Below, one piece after another: positions 60,625 through 64,000 of a stretch of DNA of 64,000 bases. A program made the position numbers and the translations under genes. Source of the stretch: Phoronis australis (Eukaryota; Animalia; Phoronida); NCBI GenBank assembly GCA_002633005.1, contig NMRA01000293.1:147198-211197 (forward strand), written 5' to 3'. The stretch's first letter is position 1, and the number at the start of each line of letters is the position of its first letter. The notes under the pieces were generated by a model. It saw only the letters and a program-made list of their open reading frames with translations. It had not been told where the DNA came from and searched no databases.

Positions 60625-63600
60625 GTATGTACGGTATACAGAAACTGTGGGTAAGAAAAGGAAGCAGAGTTATTGTTTCCACACTCCACAGTAGATATTT
60701 CAGAAAACTGATAGTCCATTGTATGTATTTCTTGGGGAAAATATTCATTGAATCTTAGTTGCATTTCGCCACTATTTAGCTGTCAATGTTGAATTCTTAC
60801 CCAGTGAACTAGGCCGAATATATTTAAGAACATTAGTATCTTGTTCATATCATTTTGATTTTAAAAAAAATGTTCACCAATTACGTCCGCAAGTTCGTTT
60901 TGCCCCAGTGTTAACAACCAATTACTTTGTGAATTTTTGATTTTTTAACAAAAACAAAGACCGGAACTGTTGCTATCTCAGCAGCAAAATAACAACAAAT
61001 GGGTGTAACTGATTTCCCAGAAAATGTTTGCAAACGAGAAGCATCCTTTAACTTAAAAGCTTGCGTTTCGTTGTACTGGATGATGAAACGACATCTCCAC
61101 CTTGATCCGAACCAACAACTGACTTTTATGTCTTGCTCGCAACTTACGACGTTGGATTTCTTGTTGGATTCAATTTTGGCTAGTTAACAATCGCTACAAA
61201 AGAAGAGTTATGTGACCTTGGCTGTTTCTATGAACGTCACCTTTTGACTGGTGTAGCTACTTACGACGTTGAACTTTCATCAATAGATTTTGCTATCGCG
61301 AGATAGCAATTTGAACAAAAGAAAAGTATAGTGTGGTTAAACGATGCCAATAAGCAAATAACCTGAAACTTGAAACACAGATTGGGGCCTAAATTAATCA
61401 GATTCAGTGAACTATTACCCTACTATTCAACAGGATAGTTTTGACCGGAGGATGAACTTTTATTGATATGGCATTTGAATTGCCTACGATATGAAGCGGT
61501 CAGTGACATCACATCTCAGTGGTCAAGGATTGTGAACACCTTACTAATAACACTTTTAAATGGGAAATAATTTACGGTTTGCACGTTTTATTAATTTGGT
61601 ATCTATAGCAAAGTGTTCAATTACTTGTAAAACGTAAATTTTAAAATTTCATGATTCGCATATCTTTATAAGAATCCTTCGTGTACTTTAGTGAACTCTA
61701 AATCTCTACAATTGTATTGCATCCTTATATTTGGAATAATGAATTTTTATGAAATACGTTTTACTACTTAGTTTGAAGTTGTTGGAATTTTTTGGCCTTC
61801 AAAAACGCACACAATCCTTTTTTAAATGTGCGCAATCCTGAAAGATCATTATTTCATTGTGATAGAAAAATGGTTTTTACCACTTACGGTAATATGAAAT
61901 CAGTCACGGACAAATTGTGCCTTCGTCAAAATGGAAATGATTTCAAGGCTCCAAAACAGCTGAGAGCTTGTTATTGCTTGAGACCAGGCTCTACAAGTTG
62001 GCTTAGTAACACGGCGTGTCATTTTATGCCCAAGCGTGTTCTCAACGAATAGCGAACTGCCAATTCACTTCAAATTCAGATCTCTCGAACAAGCTGAAAC
62101 TAATTTTACAGCGGTATTCAGTGGCCAAATCGGGCAGAAGTTTGCTTTCTGGGTGGAAGTCAGAAGGCACGCACACAGCACCCTTTGACACAGCGTCACC
62201 TATACTGAAAAGTGGCCTTGTGGCAACATGATGAACGACACACGGAATTCCGTGTGTGAGCATCAATGCGCATGCTTGGTTGGAAGTTTACCGATCACAT
62301 CGCCGCCACTTGCACACGCCTTCTGGGCTTAAGCCACTGGATCGGGGTTTCCTTGATTTTGTTTAGTTCGATCACTGCCCGTTTTAATAAATTACAACTA
62401 TTCAAGTCAAAGGGTGTCCTCATACTACTTAACAGAAAACTGAAAGGGGGTTCCCAGATTTCAACCAATGGGAACGACTTTAACCAATGAGAAGCCTTGT
62501 TAAACAACATTCCACAGTGCTAGTTTTCGTAGCACACTGAGACTGGCACGCGCATTGAAAGACAGCCTCTGTCATTTGTATTCTTTTGGTGGCAGTTTTT
62601 GAAATTTCACCTGTAAAACATTTATGTCAAATGAAATTCGGCTATGTTATTGATACCGTCGTTTTCTTATGAATGTACACTTCATTTTTGCTGAAATTTA
62701 CAAAAACTCTTGGCAATGTGACCTTAGAATGCAAGATTGGTATTAATCTAAAATTTTAATTTAGAAATTTTACAGTCTAGCTGTTTTTAGAAAATATATA
62801 TACATTTACCGAGTTTGGCTAACACACAGACTTGTCGATAAGGGCCATCGTAACCTTAATCATACGTTTATGTAATGCCAGTAGGGAGAGTTGGCTGACC
62901 CGGCTAGTTTACCTTAACTCAGCACGCTATTCAGCAGTTTTTAGCCTCGTTGCAGTGTTCAGCTCACTGTTTTAAAAATCAAAACAGCAAATTTTCAGTG
63001 TTGTGAAATGGGTTGCAATACAGATACGCTGTGTTAGTTGTGAAGTTGGAAGTATGTTTGCGATAGCATCCCTTGGTTTTCTTCTTTTCCTTCCCATGGA
63101 GGGTTGAAGATGTAGTCCATGTTGAATGTGGTGTTGGTATTGAGCGACCTCTGTAGTCTTACCTCTTTAGTCCTAGCTTTGTAGAGCTTACTTCGGGATG
63201 ACGCTTAAAGCAGTTTCGTAACTTTGCCATGGACGTTCTACAGTTTCACATTGTCGTGAACTATGTAAATCTATTGGTTGAACGAAAGAAATACCAGGCC
63301 ATCCGATAATGTAAGATATAATTTTACCAAAGGTAGTGAATGATTCTTACTTAGACTTAATTTCCATTTCAGTGCTGGAAATTACTAGCATTTGACCCCT
63401 GCCATTTTACATGTGTAAACCCCGCCTTCGATTAAAAATTGACTTTTGGTGTAGACTACTTATTGTTATTGTCTCAACTCAATCCTTGGGCGTGGAAAGA
63501 ACTGACAGGTCGTTATTTCTTAAGAAAAGGTTCAACAAGTTTTAACTTGGTTAAAACCTGTTGCGTTGTTTTAGTATGCCCCCAGCATCGTCTCAAGTCC

Positions 63601-64000
63601 TATCAAACTATTTTACAGTTATCTGCCGGTAGGTGGTCTAAATCGATGGTTTCAGTGGCGGAAAGTGGATTTAGGGCAGTTTTAGCTCTTTGGCTAAAAT
63701 AAGAGAACAAAATAGCCAAAGCGTGCTTAGCAAAAACTATGCCCTTTAATGTGCAGTCAGACATTCGGACAATGTAAACGGCGATATTCTATGTCAGTAG
63801 ATTGGAAAGACTGGTTGTGGTTTTTTTTGCAGTGGGTAGATCTTGTTTAGGTCTTTTGAACACCAGTTGGAATCTAAAGTACATAGGTATTTGAACTGAC
63901 TGGCCGCCGTGGCCGGCCTACCGAATCTTGAAAGAAGGGATAGCCCTAAAAGTTGCACTCGGAAAGCAACAAACAATAGAAGCAAAACGTCGATTCGGTT

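Overview
Eukaryotic, intron-rich, AT-rich genomic DNA from a bilaterian animal, probably a marine invertebrate (inferred from gene families and repeat types). No prokaryotic operons, CRISPR arrays, rRNA or tRNA genes were recognised. Four protein-coding genes were reconstructed by hand with phase-consistent splice sites: (1) an SMPDL3-type acid sphingomyelinase-like phosphodiesterase (+, at least 5 exons, 3340-15063) ending in a His/Pro-rich stalk, a TM helix and an NPxY tail; (2) a single-coding-exon 300-aa LRR protein (+, 22731-23633); (3) a KLF10/11 (TIEG/cabut) zinc-finger factor (-, 4 exons, 32016-35894); (4) an intact 9-exon, 486-aa pancreatic-lipase-family gene (-, 39419-47450) whose catalytic Ser is replaced by Asn, which also carries the PLRP1-type Ala-to-Val change and uses a GC-AG intron. 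A probable first coding exon of a fifth gene lies at 60518-60624. The rest is rich in mobile DNA: two Helentron-associated (HINE-like) elements carrying regularly spaced CTCF-consensus motifs, TTAA-flanked Kolobok-like MITEs, GC-rich MITEs with 5-bp TSDs, two CR1/L2-group LINE remnants, an L1/Tx1 3' end, and 6-bp TA-NNNN-TA insertions that resemble transposon excision footprints. The two single-N junctions (33677, 50578) are flanked by duplicated sequence and are most likely haplotype-overlap assembly artefacts. All calls come from reading the sequence; no database searches were run.
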